This document shows, piece after piece, positions 10,074 through 20,956 of a DNA stretch of 64,000 nucleotides (the first letter of the stretch is position 1; each line of letters opens with the position of its first letter). Source of the DNA: an uncultured Butyrivibrio sp. (GTDB taxonomy: Bacteria; Bacillota; Clostridia; Lachnospirales; Lachnospiraceae); contig CAZNUK010000001.1 of NCBI GenBank assembly GCA_964576255.1, forward strand, positions 61,886-125,885, read 5' to 3'. The notes under the pieces are model-generated. The model was given only the letters and a program-made list of their open reading frames with translations. It had not been told where the DNA came from and did not search any database. Position numbers and translations under genes: made by a program.

Positions 10074-10880
10074 TCAACACTCTTTCTTCTTTGATAACAT
10101 CCATATCAAAAAGAACCCCAGCGCCATAAGTGGCACACACAACAGCCATTCCACTCCCATAGGCACTCCCGGAAAAGCCTCAATTAAAGAACCTCCCACA
10201 AATCCCAGAATAATCAGATATATTTTATCTGGATGTTTTTCCATTGCAAGGGACAAAAACTTTGTGATTAATAAAATCCCTACAAACACTCCTCCTCCGA
10301 GAGATAACAGAAATCCGAAATCCATATTGCCGATGGCACTAAGTGTCTGCTCATACAAACCCATAATCAACAACATATAAGACACGCTTATTCCCGGTAA
10401 TACAAGTGCCACAGCAAGGACAATACCGGCAATAATAAGTATTAACACGCCCCCTAAGCCTTTAAGATTTCCAGCGTTGAAAACATCTTCCGGAATAAAG
10501 GACAGAAGAATAACTATCAGTAAGCCCAAGCCAATATATACAGGCTGTCTCCATGTAAGCTTTTTCACTCCCGATTCCTTATATATCATAGGAAGCCCCC
10601 CTGCCACAGCTCCCATAAAGAAAAACATCATTGGCTTTGGAAACCTCGTAATTAATCCCTCTAAAGGTTTTGCGAAAAGCACCATCCCGAGCAATGCTCC
10701 CACAACAAAAATTCCCAGAAACACTATATTTCCCTTCGGTTTTTTACGAAAATCCGCAATGGCAGAAATCAGTCGGTCATAAATTCCAAGAATCATTGCC
10801 ATAGAGCCCCCACTGACTCCCGGCACCAGCATAGTTCCCCCAATAGCCATACCTTTTAAAGCGGTAATTATTTTTTTCAT
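10074..10880 (-). CDS. DUF368 membrane protein (putative undecaprenyl-phosphate translocase)
   Basis: VPGVSGGSMA..LGIY and LPGISVS repeats. Confidence 0.85.
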   Translation of the reverse strand: MKKIITALKGMAIGGTMLVPGVSGGSMAMILGIYDRLISAIADFRKKPKGNIVFLGIFVVGALLGMVLFAKPLEGLITRFPKPMMFFFMGAVAGGLPMIYKESGVKKLTWRQPVYIGLGLLIVILLSFIPEDVFNAGNLKGLGGVLILIIAGIVLAVALVLPGISVSYMLLIMGLYEQTLSAIGNMDFGFLLSLGGGVFVGILLITKFLSLAMEKHPDKIYLIILGFVGGSLIEAFPGVPMGVEWLLCVPLMALGFFLIWMLSKKKEC

Positions 10881-10934
10881 ACACACTCTCCTTTTAATGA
10901 AAAACACCCGACTATGTCATGTCATAATCGGGTG

Positions 10935-12200
10935 TTAGTTAATATTTTCTTGTCTACACATACATATTAATGCCAGCAAAAGATAACCGGCAGTACGAAC
11001 CACATTTGTTATCACATATCCAAGAGTCGCTCCCATAATAAAGCCATTTCTTGTCATTATCGGTACAATAATTGCTGCAACTATTGTAGCTATTACATTA
11101 ATTATTATGCTGAAATGTTGTTTTCTATAAATTATTATTATATTTTCAAATAAAGTATATGCCGCAACCAGTCCACCGCTTAACATCAAAAGGGCATTAA
11201 CCACATTGTAGCCATGAAGGTCGGTTCCATATATAAGGGTAAGAAAATCTCCGCCCAGAAAGTACATAAATACCATAGATACTACAGTAATACCAAGTAC
11301 CACTCCAAGCTGATATACTACCAACCGTCTAAATCCCTTGCGGTTACCGTCACTGTGATAAATCGCCATTTTGGACAGCCAGGTTCTCATAGTGAAACCA
11401 GCCAGAAGCTCCACCACAAAGGTAGGCATAAACAGCATACTGAATCTTCCTACACCAATCTCACTGCCTTCACCTTCATAATTCTCTATGGCATACTTAG
11501 GTGAGTTGTTAATGTACGCATGCAAAAATGAGCTCAAAAACAGTGAAAAACAGGACGCTCCTATCTGCAACATAGATTTAATTCTGAAATTAAATCCTAC
11601 CTTGGAAAAATGACCTAAAAGAGGCAAATCCACTATAATCAGTAAAAGTACAGACTCTACTGCCAGCATTACTGCTGAAAATACCAGATTACGGGTAATA
11701 ATAACCATACCACAGAAAGTCAGAAGCATAATAATATTTTTGACAAACTGACTTTTGCCACTTACATCCAGTCTCAGCTTCTGCTGATATAATCCCTCAA
11801 ACAAATCCGAAAAACTCTCGGAAATTCTGTGAACTGTAAACGCTGCAATAACTATGGCTGTATCCCCGGTGTATCCTCCTGCTATTATCCATATAACAGT
11901 AATAATTACCGTCAGAGAACAAGTTATTATACGAAAAGATAAATACTCCGAAAAGGAATATTTATCTTTTACATCTGAAACCTGAAAATTTCTTACCGAA
12001 AAACGTCCCACCGTAAGCATCTGCTGGGCAATCATCATTCCAATGGAATAAATATTTGCCTGCACATCTCCTAACATATGCGAAACAACCATAAGAAATG
12101 CCAAAGAAGTAACGGAATATACCATTCCTGAAGCTACTGTCCATATAAAGCTGTTGCCCAATAGGCCGGCTTGTTTTTTTAAGAAAAATCTCTTATACAT
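10935..12200 (-). CDS. polysaccharide flippase-like membrane protein (Wzx/MOP family)
   Basis: About 12 TM; RNFQVSD and PKYAI motifs typical of clostridial flippases; start uncertain. Confidence 0.7.
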   Translation of the reverse strand: MYKRFFLKKQAGLLGNSFIWTVASGMVYSVTSLAFLMVVSHMLGDVQANIYSIGMMIAQQMLTVGRFSVRNFQVSDVKDKYSFSEYLSFRIITCSLTVIITVIWIIAGGYTGDTAIVIAAFTVHRISESFSDLFEGLYQQKLRLDVSGKSQFVKNIIMLLTFCGMVIITRNLVFSAVMLAVESVLLLIIVDLPLLGHFSKVGFNFRIKSMLQIGASCFSLFLSSFLHAYINNSPKYAIENYEGEGSEIGVGRFSMLFMPTFVVELLAGFTMRTWLSKMAIYHSDGNRKGFRRLVVYQLGVVLGITVVSMVFMYFLGGDFLTLIYGTDLHGYNVVNALLMLSGGLVAAYTLFENIIIIYRKQHFSIIINVIATIVAAIIVPIMTRNGFIMGATLGYVITNVVRTAGYLLLALICMCRQENIN

Positions 12201-12207
12201 GGAACAA

Positions 12208-12426
12208 TTATGCCTCTTTTGCCTCTTTCTCTGCAAGGTACTTGTTAATGCAGGCCTCTAACTCATCCGGATTAATTCCGTGAACCATTGCTGCTTCCTC
12301 TAAGGTCTCGCCCTGTGCGGATGGACATCCTACACAATGCATTCCTGCATCAAGAAGAATCGGAATTATATCCGTGTCAACCTGAATAATGTCGTGAATA
12401 ATCATTTTTTTGTTAATTGTTGCCAT
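12208..12426 (-). CDS. DUF1858 protein
   Basis: GMHCVGCPSAQGETLEEAAMVHG. Confidence 0.88.
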   Translation of the reverse strand: MATINKKMIIHDIIQVDTDIIPILLDAGMHCVGCPSAQGETLEEAAMVHGINPDELEACINKYLAEKEAKEA

Positions 12427-12595
12427 TTTAATATCCTCCTATGTGTATAGCATTCCCTCAAATTACCTGCATTATGATTATATAATAGGAAAAACATTAT
12501 GACAAGTTATTGTCCATATTTTTCTTCTTGTGTTTCCGCAAATAATCAATTATAATGAATTCTAGCATACATATATTTTTTAGGAGGTAATTGAT

Positions 12596-12766
12596 ATGGC
12601 ATATGTTATTTCTGACAGCTGCGTAAGCTGTGGTTCTTGTGCATCAGGATGTCCTGTTAACGCAATCGCACCTGGAGATGCACATTATGAAATCGATAAG
12701 GATGCTTGCCTTTCATGCGGAGCATGTGAAGCAGCTTGTCCTGTAGGCGCTATTTCAGCTGAATAA
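12596..12766 (+). CDS. fdx: 2[4Fe-4S] clostridial ferredoxin (56 aa)
   Basis: Manual translation MAYVISDSCVSCGSCASGCPVNAI...CLSCGACEAACPVGAISAE; AGGAGG RBS; missed by ORF track. Confidence 0.95.
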   Translation: MAYVISDSCVSCGSCASGCPVNAIAPGDAHYEIDKDACLSCGACEAACPVGAISAE

Positions 12767-12831
12767 TTATTTTACGAAGAAAGGAAGTCTTGGTACTTCC
12801 TTTTTTTATGTTATCAAAAGCTCCGATTTTT

Positions 12832-13383
12832 TTATTTAATCGCAAGCTTTCTTCTTTTACGCTTGAATTTAGATTCCTTCATCACTGCTGCCTCTTTATT
12901 ACTGCGCTGACAGCTTCTGATAGTTTCATCTAGTCTTTTATATCGTTCCTCTTCTGCTTCCTCCCTCATTCTCATTAGATAATCCATCTCCTTCAAAACC
13001 TTTGTACTTACAGTATCTGAGATTTCTCCTCCAAGAATAACGTTATTTTCTCTTAGGGACTGGGTTACAATTCCACCGATAATTGCCTTAAACTGCTCCA
13101 TCTTATCTTCCTGGTTGGTCACTCTTTCAACCGGCGGAATACTCACCGCCGGAAGTTCATTTTTTTCAAGCAACTCATTCTTAATTGCCTTCAGCTGAAA
13201 TCCTCTTTTTTTGAGTTCCTTTACCCGACTGAGAAGCTCTAATTGTTCTGCTGAATAATATCTGTGTCCCAACTCATTTCTCTCAATTTCAATTCCCAGC
13301 TCGTCCTCCCAATAACGTAAAACATGAGGCTCCAATCCGGTTTTAACTGATGCTTCCGAAATTATGTAACGTTTATTTTCCAT
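12832..13383 (-). CDS. MerR-type HTH protein
   Basis: YIISEAS..HVLRYWE...RNELGHRYY. Confidence 0.8.
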   Translation of the reverse strand: MENKRYIISEASVKTGLEPHVLRYWEDELGIEIERNELGHRYYSAEQLELLSRVKELKKRGFQLKAIKNELLEKNELPAVSIPPVERVTNQEDKMEQFKAIIGGIVTQSLRENNVILGGEISDTVSTKVLKEMDYLMRMREEAEEERYKRLDETIRSCQRSNKEAAVMKESKFKRKRRKLAIK

Positions 13384-13523
13384 CTTTATCTCCATTTCAC
13401 AAGTTTAAGGTATAATACCTAAGCATGATTATATCATTACATAATTTCCCTGTATCCATATACCATCGACGATTTAGGACAAAAAAATACCGTAATCAAC
13501 ACATCGGTCAATTACGGCATTTA

Positions 13524-14879
13524 TTATTCTTCATCATTATTGCGTCTATCTCTGTAATCCAAATTACCAAATTTGGTTAAATCCGGTAACCATACAAGCT
13601 CAACAGTTCCAACAGGACCATTTCTCTGCTTGGCAATAATAATCTCTGCAATTCCCTTACGTGCACTGTCTGGATTATAATACTCATCTCGATAAATAAA
13701 CATTGCCACGTCCGCATCCTGCTCGATAGCTCCGGATTCTCTAAGGTCTGAAAGCATCGGTCTCTTATCAGGTCTTGACTCCACCGCACGGCTTAACTGA
13801 GAAAGTGCAATAACCGGAACATTCAGTTCTCTGGCAATACCCTTAAGCGAACGGGAAATCTCTGAAACCTCCTGCTGTCTGGATTCACTTTTTCCACCAC
13901 CGGACATAAGCTGAATATAGTCAATCATAATCAAATCCAGTCTGCCCTCGCTCTTAAGCTTACGACATTTACTTCTTAACTCTCCAATGGAAATTCCCGG
14001 CGTGTCATCAATAATCAATCTGGAATTACCAACTCTTGATGCTCCTTCTGCAACACTTCCCCATTCAGACGGGCTTAAATCGCCTGTTCTGATATGCTTG
14101 GAATCAACACTTGATTCCATTGAAATAATTCTGTTAACAAGCTGGAGCTTGGACATTTCCAAACTAAATATTGCAGTATAATATTCGTGTTTAACGGATA
14201 CATACTGGGCTATATTAAGTACAAAAGCAGTTTTACCCATGGATGGTCTGGCCGCCACCAGAATGAAATCCGAGTTCTGAAGACCTGCTGTCTTATAATC
14301 CAAATCTGTAAATCCGGTAGGAATACCAGTTATCTTACCACCTGCTTTTGCTGCCACAGACATCTTATCAAGAGCTTCTTTAACGACCTCTCCAATTGGC
14401 TGAAATTCTCCACTTCCCCCACTTTGGGTTACAGAAGTAATATCTTTCTCCGCGTTGTAGAGAATCTTCACCAAATCATCCTGCCCTGAATAACACGCCT
14501 CTTCAATGCCCTGGGATTTGCGAATAAGGTTTCTTAATATTGATTTTTCTTTAACAATTCCTGCGTAATGCTTAATATTAGCTGATGTTGGCACAGCTGC
14601 TAACACCTCGCGGATAAATTCCATCTCGCCGATTTCAGGTGGTGCCTGATTCTGTCTGAGTTTCTCCTGAACCTGTACAAGGTCAGCCGGCTTGCCCTCT
14701 TTCTCCAATTGCGCCATTGCTTCAAACAAAAGCCCATATTGTGAAGTATAAAAATCATCTTTAGAAAGAGTATCCGTAGCTGCAATTACCGCCTCTCTAT
14801 CCATTAACATTGAGCCAATAACTGCTTTTTCCGCTTCTACGCTATGTGGCATTACGCGCTTAATGAGCGCTTCATCCAT
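13524..14879 (-). CDS. dnaB: replicative DNA helicase
   Basis: PHSVEAE, AARPSMGKT, IDYIQLM, LSQLSR, DLRESGAIEQDAD. Confidence 0.97.
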   Translation of the reverse strand: MDEALIKRVMPHSVEAEKAVIGSMLMDREAVIAATDTLSKDDFYTSQYGLLFEAMAQLEKEGKPADLVQVQEKLRQNQAPPEIGEMEFIREVLAAVPTSANIKHYAGIVKEKSILRNLIRKSQGIEEACYSGQDDLVKILYNAEKDITSVTQSGGSGEFQPIGEVVKEALDKMSVAAKAGGKITGIPTGFTDLDYKTAGLQNSDFILVAARPSMGKTAFVLNIAQYVSVKHEYYTAIFSLEMSKLQLVNRIISMESSVDSKHIRTGDLSPSEWGSVAEGASRVGNSRLIIDDTPGISIGELRSKCRKLKSEGRLDLIMIDYIQLMSGGGKSESRQQEVSEISRSLKGIARELNVPVIALSQLSRAVESRPDKRPMLSDLRESGAIEQDADVAMFIYRDEYYNPDSARKGIAEIIIAKQRNGPVGTVELVWLPDLTKFGNLDYRDRRNNDEE

Positions 14880-14882
14880 ATC

Positions 14883-15329
14883 TTATGCCTCTCTAACATG
14901 AACGGTTAATTTGGCTGTCACTTCTCTGTGAAGCTTAACCGTTACTATGCTTGTTCCTATTGTTCTGATTGGTTCATCAAGTGTGATTTTTTTCTTATCA
15001 AGCTCAATGCCATGCTGTTTTTTACATGCTTCTGCAATTTCCTTGGATGAAACAGAACCAAATGAACGCCCGTCCTTGCCAGATTTAATCGCAGTCTCAA
15101 CTGAAAGCTCTTCAATTCTTGCAGCAAGAGCCTTAGCCTCATCTAACTGCTCCTTTGCAACCTTTTCTTCATGTGCTTTCTGAAGCTTTAAATCGTTAAG
15201 ATTTTTGGCGTTAGCCTCCACTCCCAATTTTTTAGGGAGAATGCAGTTACGTGCATATCCGTCACTGACCTCCACTGTCTGTCCTTTTTTACCAAGGGAT
15301 TTAACATCCTGTAATAAAATAACCTTCAT
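14883..15329 (-). CDS. rplI: 50S ribosomal protein L9
   Basis: [24 protein letters not shown]; synteny with dnaB. Confidence 0.97.
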   Translation of the reverse strand: MKVILLQDVKSLGKKGQTVEVSDGYARNCILPKKLGVEANAKNLNDLKLQKAHEEKVAKEQLDEAKALAARIEELSVETAIKSGKDGRSFGSVSSKEIAEACKKQHGIELDKKKITLDEPIRTIGTSIVTVKLHREVTAKLTVHVREA

Positions 15330-17371
15330 TAAATTGCGCCCTCCTGTATCATCTTATCAATAGTTCTCTGGAGAATAATCTTAGCTTCGTCAGGGTTAAC
15401 CTCTTTAAGCTGGGCTCCCGCAATGGTCATATGACCACCACCGCCAAGTCTTTCCATAATAATCTGGACATTAACTTCATCAATGGATCTGGCACTTATA
15501 TAAATCTCATTATTGTAATAGGTAATTACAAAGGATGCCTTAATTCCAGCAACGTTAAGTAACTCATTAGCAGCCTGTGCACCTACAATTGTAGGACTAT
15601 GGAGACCAGCACTTGGACAGAAGGAAATTGCGTAGCAATCCTTATATATCTCCATATGCCTTACAGCCTCAGCCTTAGCCTTATATTCTGCCATATCACT
15701 TCTTAAGAGCTTGCGCACTCTGATAATATCAGCACCATTTCTTCTGACAAATGCAGCTGCCTCAAAGGTCCTTGCGCCGGCTTTGTTAGTAAAGTTATTA
15801 GTATCAATAACTATTCCTGCGTATATAGTGTCCGCTTCAATTGCCTTAATTCGGATATTCTCACCAATGTACTGCAAAATCTCCGCAACCATTTCACAGG
15901 CTGAAGATGCATATGGCTCGATGTATGACAAAGTAGCATTCTCAATAGGTTCACTACCCTGTCTATGATGGTCCAGAACCACCACATTCTTACATTTTGA
16001 AATAAGGTCAGGGCACTCTGTATAGCTCTTTTTATTAACGTCTACTACCACCAAAAGAGTATTGGCTGTTACCTTAGCAAGTGCTTCCTCGCTTGTTACA
16101 AACAAATCCTTATCGTGGTCAGCACTGTTTTTGTACAAATCTATGAATGGCTGTAAAGAAGTTGTAATATCGTTGAGAACAATATTTGCTTTTTTAGCAA
16201 ATACTCTTGCCGCTGCAAAAATACCCACAGCAGCACCTACAGCATCTACGTCACTGATTTTATGTCCCATAATAAGCACATTATCCGTACTTTCAAGAAG
16301 TTCTCGTAAAGCATGCGCCTTAACTCGTGCTTTAACTCGTGTGTTTTTCTCTATGGAATTAGTCTTACCACCATAATACGTAACCTTGTTACCCTCACGA
16401 ACAACTGCCTGGTCACCGCCACGTCCAAGAGCAAGGTCAATAGCAGCTCTTGCCATCTCGTAATTCTTCTCATAGGTGGTATTCATAGCGCCTACACCAA
16501 TACTGATGGTAATGGACATCTCATTACCGATGTTAACGCCCTTAACCTCTTCGAGAATAGAGAATCTGTCTTCTCTAAGCTGTTCTAAGAATTTGTAACG
16601 GATTATAACAAGATATTTGTCCTTCTCAAGCTTCTTAACGATACCATTACCTGCTGTAATGTATTTATTAATCTTACGGTCAACAAGTGCAATTAACAAA
16701 GAACGTCTAACTTCATCAATGCTCTCTAATGCCTCGTCATAATTATCTATATATATAAGTGCGGTAACAATTCTCTCATCGCGTAATTCCTTACGGCATG
16801 CATTAATCTCTGTTTCATCAAAAAGATACATTGCATAAATAGCCGAATCAGAACCGGCAATTATCAGACTGGTTTCAGCATTAATATCCTCAAGATTAAT
16901 TGGCTCCAGTACAACGCGATAGTCTCTGTCATTATAACTAACAGAGGTCTCTGAAGATGTACCATACACAACCTTTTCCGGCATAGCAACCTTCATAAAT
17001 ACAGAACCCACATTCTTATGAAGATTCTCTTTGCCAATGATTTCCTCCAAAGATTTATTAGTCCAGATAATCTTACCTGACTCATCCACCAGACCATATG
17101 GAACCGAAAAATCTGCCAGCAACCGCTTCTGCATCTGGGCGTATCCCGATGCAAAATCCACCATACTTTTGGTAATCGTAGTCTGTTTGGTAATATAAAA
17201 AATCACCAACATAATCACATACAGGAGTAATGCCACCAACACAAATAAACCCGCTCTGACATTAATAAAAAACGCCCCTATGTCTACAAACGCAACAAAT
17301 ATAGCTGAATATATCGGCCAATGCATTAATGTACGAAATGGCCCCTTTAGTTTTCCAAAGATATTTTTCAT
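15329..17371 (-). CDS. gdpP: c-di-AMP phosphodiesterase (TM-PAS-degenerate GGDEF-DHH/DHHA1)
   Basis: [22 protein letters not shown]; synteny with rplI-dnaB. Confidence 0.92.
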   Translation of the reverse strand: MKNIFGKLKGPFRTLMHWPIYSAIFVAFVDIGAFFINVRAGLFVLVALLLYVIMLVIFYITKQTTITKSMVDFASGYAQMQKRLLADFSVPYGLVDESGKIIWTNKSLEEIIGKENLHKNVGSVFMKVAMPEKVVYGTSSETSVSYNDRDYRVVLEPINLEDINAETSLIIAGSDSAIYAMYLFDETEINACRKELRDERIVTALIYIDNYDEALESIDEVRRSLLIALVDRKINKYITAGNGIVKKLEKDKYLVIIRYKFLEQLREDRFSILEEVKGVNIGNEMSITISIGVGAMNTTYEKNYEMARAAIDLALGRGGDQAVVREGNKVTYYGGKTNSIEKNTRVKARVKAHALRELLESTDNVLIMGHKISDVDAVGAAVGIFAAARVFAKKANIVLNDITTSLQPFIDLYKNSADHDKDLFVTSEEALAKVTANTLLVVVDVNKKSYTECPDLISKCKNVVVLDHHRQGSEPIENATLSYIEPYASSACEMVAEILQYIGENIRIKAIEADTIYAGIVIDTNNFTNKAGARTFEAAAFVRRNGADIIRVRKLLRSDMAEYKAKAEAVRHMEIYKDCYAISFCPSAGLHSPTIVGAQAANELLNVAGIKASFVITYYNNEIYISARSIDEVNVQIIMERLGGGGHMTIAGAQLKEVNPDEAKIILQRTIDKMIQEGAI

Positions 17372-17453
17372 ACGTCCTTCTCCTGTTTCAAACGATTAGT
17401 ATATTATATCACGGTCAAGCTTTCTTTTCCATACAAAGATTGATTTTTGGTTA

Positions 17454-18632
17454 TCACTTTTTCAAGCATACCTTTAACACTGGGGATGAGAAGCTCTCTG
17501 CATCTTTTTTCTGATGCCATTCACGCTTATTTTCGTACATCATCTTATCTGCCCGACGAATAATATCCGATATATTTTTGCCTTCACCTACTGCGTAGCC
17601 GCGGGAAACCGATATTGGATGCTCCCAATCGTTTGCCGCCTTATTAAGAGCCTCTTCCCACTTAATGAGTTTCTCCCTAACTTCTTTCTCATCACAATTC
17701 ATAATAATCATTACAAATTCGTCCCCGCCGATTCTGTATGCCATATCTTTAGGTCCGATAATACTTCTAATACTGGTTGCAACCATAGAAATAAGTTGGT
17801 CTCCGGCCTCATGTCCTATTGTGTCATTGGTTATTTTCAGATCATTAATGTCCCAGAAAATAACTGCAACTTTTTCAATATTTGTGTATTTTCCATTAAT
17901 CATATCCAAGTATTTACTCTTGTTATATAACCCTGTCATTCCGTCAACTTCTGCCAGATTTTCCATCTTTTCTGCATAAGAATGATTCATCATAATGATT
18001 TTGGAAATACTGTTACATACCATTGCAAATCCTGCAGCAATCATACATCTTGGAAGGACAAAAAATATTGTTAAAGTCTCAAGTGGATTGTTGTTAACTT
18101 CCGTAAGTAGAAATTCATTATTAGTCCCTAAATAATCTGACATCGGTTTACCTGAAAGCAACACCATATTTGTATCACACAAACCATAATAGTATCCCAC
18201 AAAAACACTTAATATTATACTAATAACCATTAGTGCATATGTATAAATAATTACCTTTTTTGAACAATACATTGCACTACACACAATCGGAAGGAGACAT
18301 GCCAGTATAGCATGAAATGTCATTGTAGCAGTCATAATAGTTATAATTACTACAAGCCACAGTAAAATATAGTATTTCATCCTTTTATGGGATAAATCTC
18401 CAAAAAAGCACACAAGTCCTCCTAATACATATACAGCCAGCGAACTAAAAAAACATATACTTGTCATAGTTCTGTCAACCAAAAATATATTAAGCATTGT
18501 AAGAAGCCACACAATAAATGCAATAATTATAGCACTTGTGGCACATCTTATTACATATCTGTTTGCCACTTCCTCACTGTTATTTTTATAATCATTGATA
18601 AGTATGTTTTCTTTTGTGCGGCGTATTTTCAT
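17454..18632 (-). CDS. membrane-bound diguanylate cyclase (GGDEF)
   Basis: N-terminal TM helices; DGMTGLYN, DINDLK..ND..GH..GD, RIGGDEF. Confidence 0.9.
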   Translation of the reverse strand: MKIRRTKENILINDYKNNSEEVANRYVIRCATSAIIIAFIVWLLTMLNIFLVDRTMTSICFFSSLAVYVLGGLVCFFGDLSHKRMKYYILLWLVVIITIMTATMTFHAILACLLPIVCSAMYCSKKVIIYTYALMVISIILSVFVGYYYGLCDTNMVLLSGKPMSDYLGTNNEFLLTEVNNNPLETLTIFFVLPRCMIAAGFAMVCNSISKIIMMNHSYAEKMENLAEVDGMTGLYNKSKYLDMINGKYTNIEKVAVIFWDINDLKITNDTIGHEAGDQLISMVATSIRSIIGPKDMAYRIGGDEFVMIIMNCDEKEVREKLIKWEEALNKAANDWEHPISVSRGYAVGEGKNISDIIRRADKMMYENKREWHQKKDAESFSSPVLKVCLKK

Positions 18633-18755
18633 AGTATTTTTCTCCGTTAAAAATATTTATACTTATGTATAATTTTACTATCAACGTATTAATTCCGTCA
18701 AGGTTATGCAGTAAAAAACGCCGGTGGAATTCCACCGACGCAGTTTAATTCTCCT

Positions 18756-19481
18756 TTACAGCTCCGGCTTAAATCCCGGCATCAACTGTAGCTTAAATAA
18801 ATTCTTTCTATGCATATCATCAATTCGTGATTTTTTGTCCAAATCATCAATTTCTCCGGTGCGGATATAACGGTCAAGCTCCGCATAAGTGAAGCCAAGA
18901 TTATCCTCATCTGTTTTGCCGCAAAGTCCGTCAATCGGAATCTTATCCACCAAATCTGCCGGAAGGTTAAGAAGTCTTCCGATTTCTTTAATCTCCTGAA
19001 CAGTAAGATTACAAAGTGGGCTGAAATCGCCCGCCGCATCCCCGTAACGAGTTGAATATCCCACCCAATCCTCTGAAAGGTTGCAGGTATTAACGACTCT
19101 ACCGTTACAGCTTTGAGAAACTGCATACAAGGTTGACATTCTAATTCTTGGCGGAAGATTAACCCTACTCTGATTAGATAATTCCAGCGGAATGTTCTTT
19201 GTAAGACCTTCAATCGCATCCTTTATATTAACAACATAATGCTTTATATCCAAATGATTAACAAGCTTATATGCCATATCAATGTCATGCTGCTCGCCGC
19301 ATGGCATAAGAACACCAATAACTCGTTCCTTGCCAAGTGCTTCCACACAAAGTGCAGCCGCAATTGAGCTGTCCTTGCCGCCGGAAATACCTAATACTGC
19401 GTTACAGTCAGGACCATTTTCTTTGAAAAAATTGCGAATCCATTCTATACAATCATTTTTAATTTTTTCTGCATTAAACAT
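18756..19481 (-). CDS. nadE: ammonia-dependent NAD synthetase (no glutaminase domain)
   Basis: LGISGGKDS, N..PRIRM..LY, GYSTRYGD, DEDNLGFTY. Confidence 0.93.
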   Translation of the reverse strand: MFNAEKIKNDCIEWIRNFFKENGPDCNAVLGISGGKDSSIAAALCVEALGKERVIGVLMPCGEQHDIDMAYKLVNHLDIKHYVVNIKDAIEGLTKNIPLELSNQSRVNLPPRIRMSTLYAVSQSCNGRVVNTCNLSEDWVGYSTRYGDAAGDFSPLCNLTVQEIKEIGRLLNLPADLVDKIPIDGLCGKTDEDNLGFTYAELDRYIRTGEIDDLDKKSRIDDMHRKNLFKLQLMPGFKPEL

Positions 19482-20956
19482 TAAAACTTACCTCCATGAA
19501 GGACGCTTCTGATTTCTGCAAGACTCTGCTCTTTAACCATCTTTCCGTCCTTAAATACTGTTACAAGCTTGTTATCAGGAGTATTTACCGCATCCTCCCA
19601 GGTATATTCATCCTTAAAGCTATATTCTCCATTAGAATCCTGTGTTACAACGCAACAGCCCTTCTGTGATTTTTTGAAGCCACCATCCTTAGGATTTTTA
19701 AATATTGGGTATGGCTTATCAGCGATTTCACAATAGGTTGCTTTGATACAGGAGCTGAAGGTATCTCTTGTAAATGGCTTCAACATTCCTTCTTCTTCAA
19801 CGCACTGCATTGAAAATGAGCCCACACCCAGCGCCACGTTAGAGCATGCAAAACCATTTTCCATTAAAATTCTATAAATCTCCTCACATCTCTGAATGGT
19901 GATGGAATCTCCGTAAATCGCCTTAACATGAGAGTCAAGAACCTTGTAGCCCTTGCTGTTTACAGTTCCTCCAAATTCATCCCACAGCTTAAATACTGTC
20001 TGTGTAACTACATCAACACATTCTCCGGAATCTCCTCTCATAAGCATACATCCGTTGTGAGCCATAATTTCCGGTTTTAACTGTGGAAGTACATTCTCAA
20101 TAATATTCCAATAATCGTAGGAATCCAATACCGCAGAAAAGCTGGTATTAGGATAAATCTCTGTGAGAAGTCTTCTAAGTAAAGTAATCTCATCCCCATC
20201 AATTGCGTAGTTACTACACATAACTGAATGCTCTGTACTTGGGCTGCCAAAAGCTACTGGCTCCTTGGTACAATCGCAATTGTAGCAAGCTTCAAGGTAT
20301 GGAATGGTTGGAACTGTAGCAGTGTTTAAGAAGGATAAGCACCAGCCCGCTCCTGCCTTAATAGCTGATTCTGTACATTCCTCACCTCTAAAATCAAATG
20401 CACCGAGAGCTCTTGCTCTTTCCAGAGAATCATCACAGGTTAAATCATAATATTTATTAACGATATCCCTATATGTTGCCCCCACTGTCGCAGCAAGCAT
20501 TGGATGCCAGCTCTCAGCTGAAATAAGACTTTCAAGTGACTGCGGAAGCCATGCAAAATCCGGATGAGTATTGGTAATTCCAAACATAGGAACATGCATT
20601 GGCACTCTTGCTCCCTCAGGCAAAGAAATAATTTCTATCGGAAGATACCCTAAGTCGTGAAGCTTCTCGATTTTGTCAATCTTATAAGCATCCTTACCAA
20701 GTGCCGCGTCCATAATTCTGCGGTACTCCCCTATAACCTCCTCCTTAGGAAGATTGAAGAAATTATCGTTAAAATAATCAATAAGGTAGGTCTTAATAAA
20801 GCCCTGCAATCCGAACATTACTACCTTATCCCACATCTTAACCCTGCTCATTCTAGGGGTAAAGTATGACACTGATTTAGTAATCTCTGTTGGCAGCATC
20901 TCTGCATGTACTGCTTTATAAAAATCAATAAGTAACATTGGATTAATTTTATTCAT
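19481..20956 (-). CDS. NAMPT/NadV-fold pyridine phosphoribosyltransferase (possible nicotinate ADP-ribosyltransferase)
   Basis: DFYK, FDFRG, STEHSVM, DSYD, RGDSG, YGDSI, RDT, KNPK..KKSQKG. Confidence 0.85.
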   Translation of the reverse strand: MNKINPMLLIDFYKAVHAEMLPTEITKSVSYFTPRMSRVKMWDKVVMFGLQGFIKTYLIDYFNDNFFNLPKEEVIGEYRRIMDAALGKDAYKIDKIEKLHDLGYLPIEIISLPEGARVPMHVPMFGITNTHPDFAWLPQSLESLISAESWHPMLAATVGATYRDIVNKYYDLTCDDSLERARALGAFDFRGEECTESAIKAGAGWCLSFLNTATVPTIPYLEACYNCDCTKEPVAFGSPSTEHSVMCSNYAIDGDEITLLRRLLTEIYPNTSFSAVLDSYDYWNIIENVLPQLKPEIMAHNGCMLMRGDSGECVDVVTQTVFKLWDEFGGTVNSKGYKVLDSHVKAIYGDSITIQRCEEIYRILMENGFACSNVALGVGSFSMQCVEEEGMLKPFTRDTFSSCIKATYCEIADKPYPIFKNPKDGGFKKSQKGCCVVTQDSNGEYSFKDEYTWEDAVNTPDNKLVTVFKDGKMVKEQSLAEIRSVLHGGKF

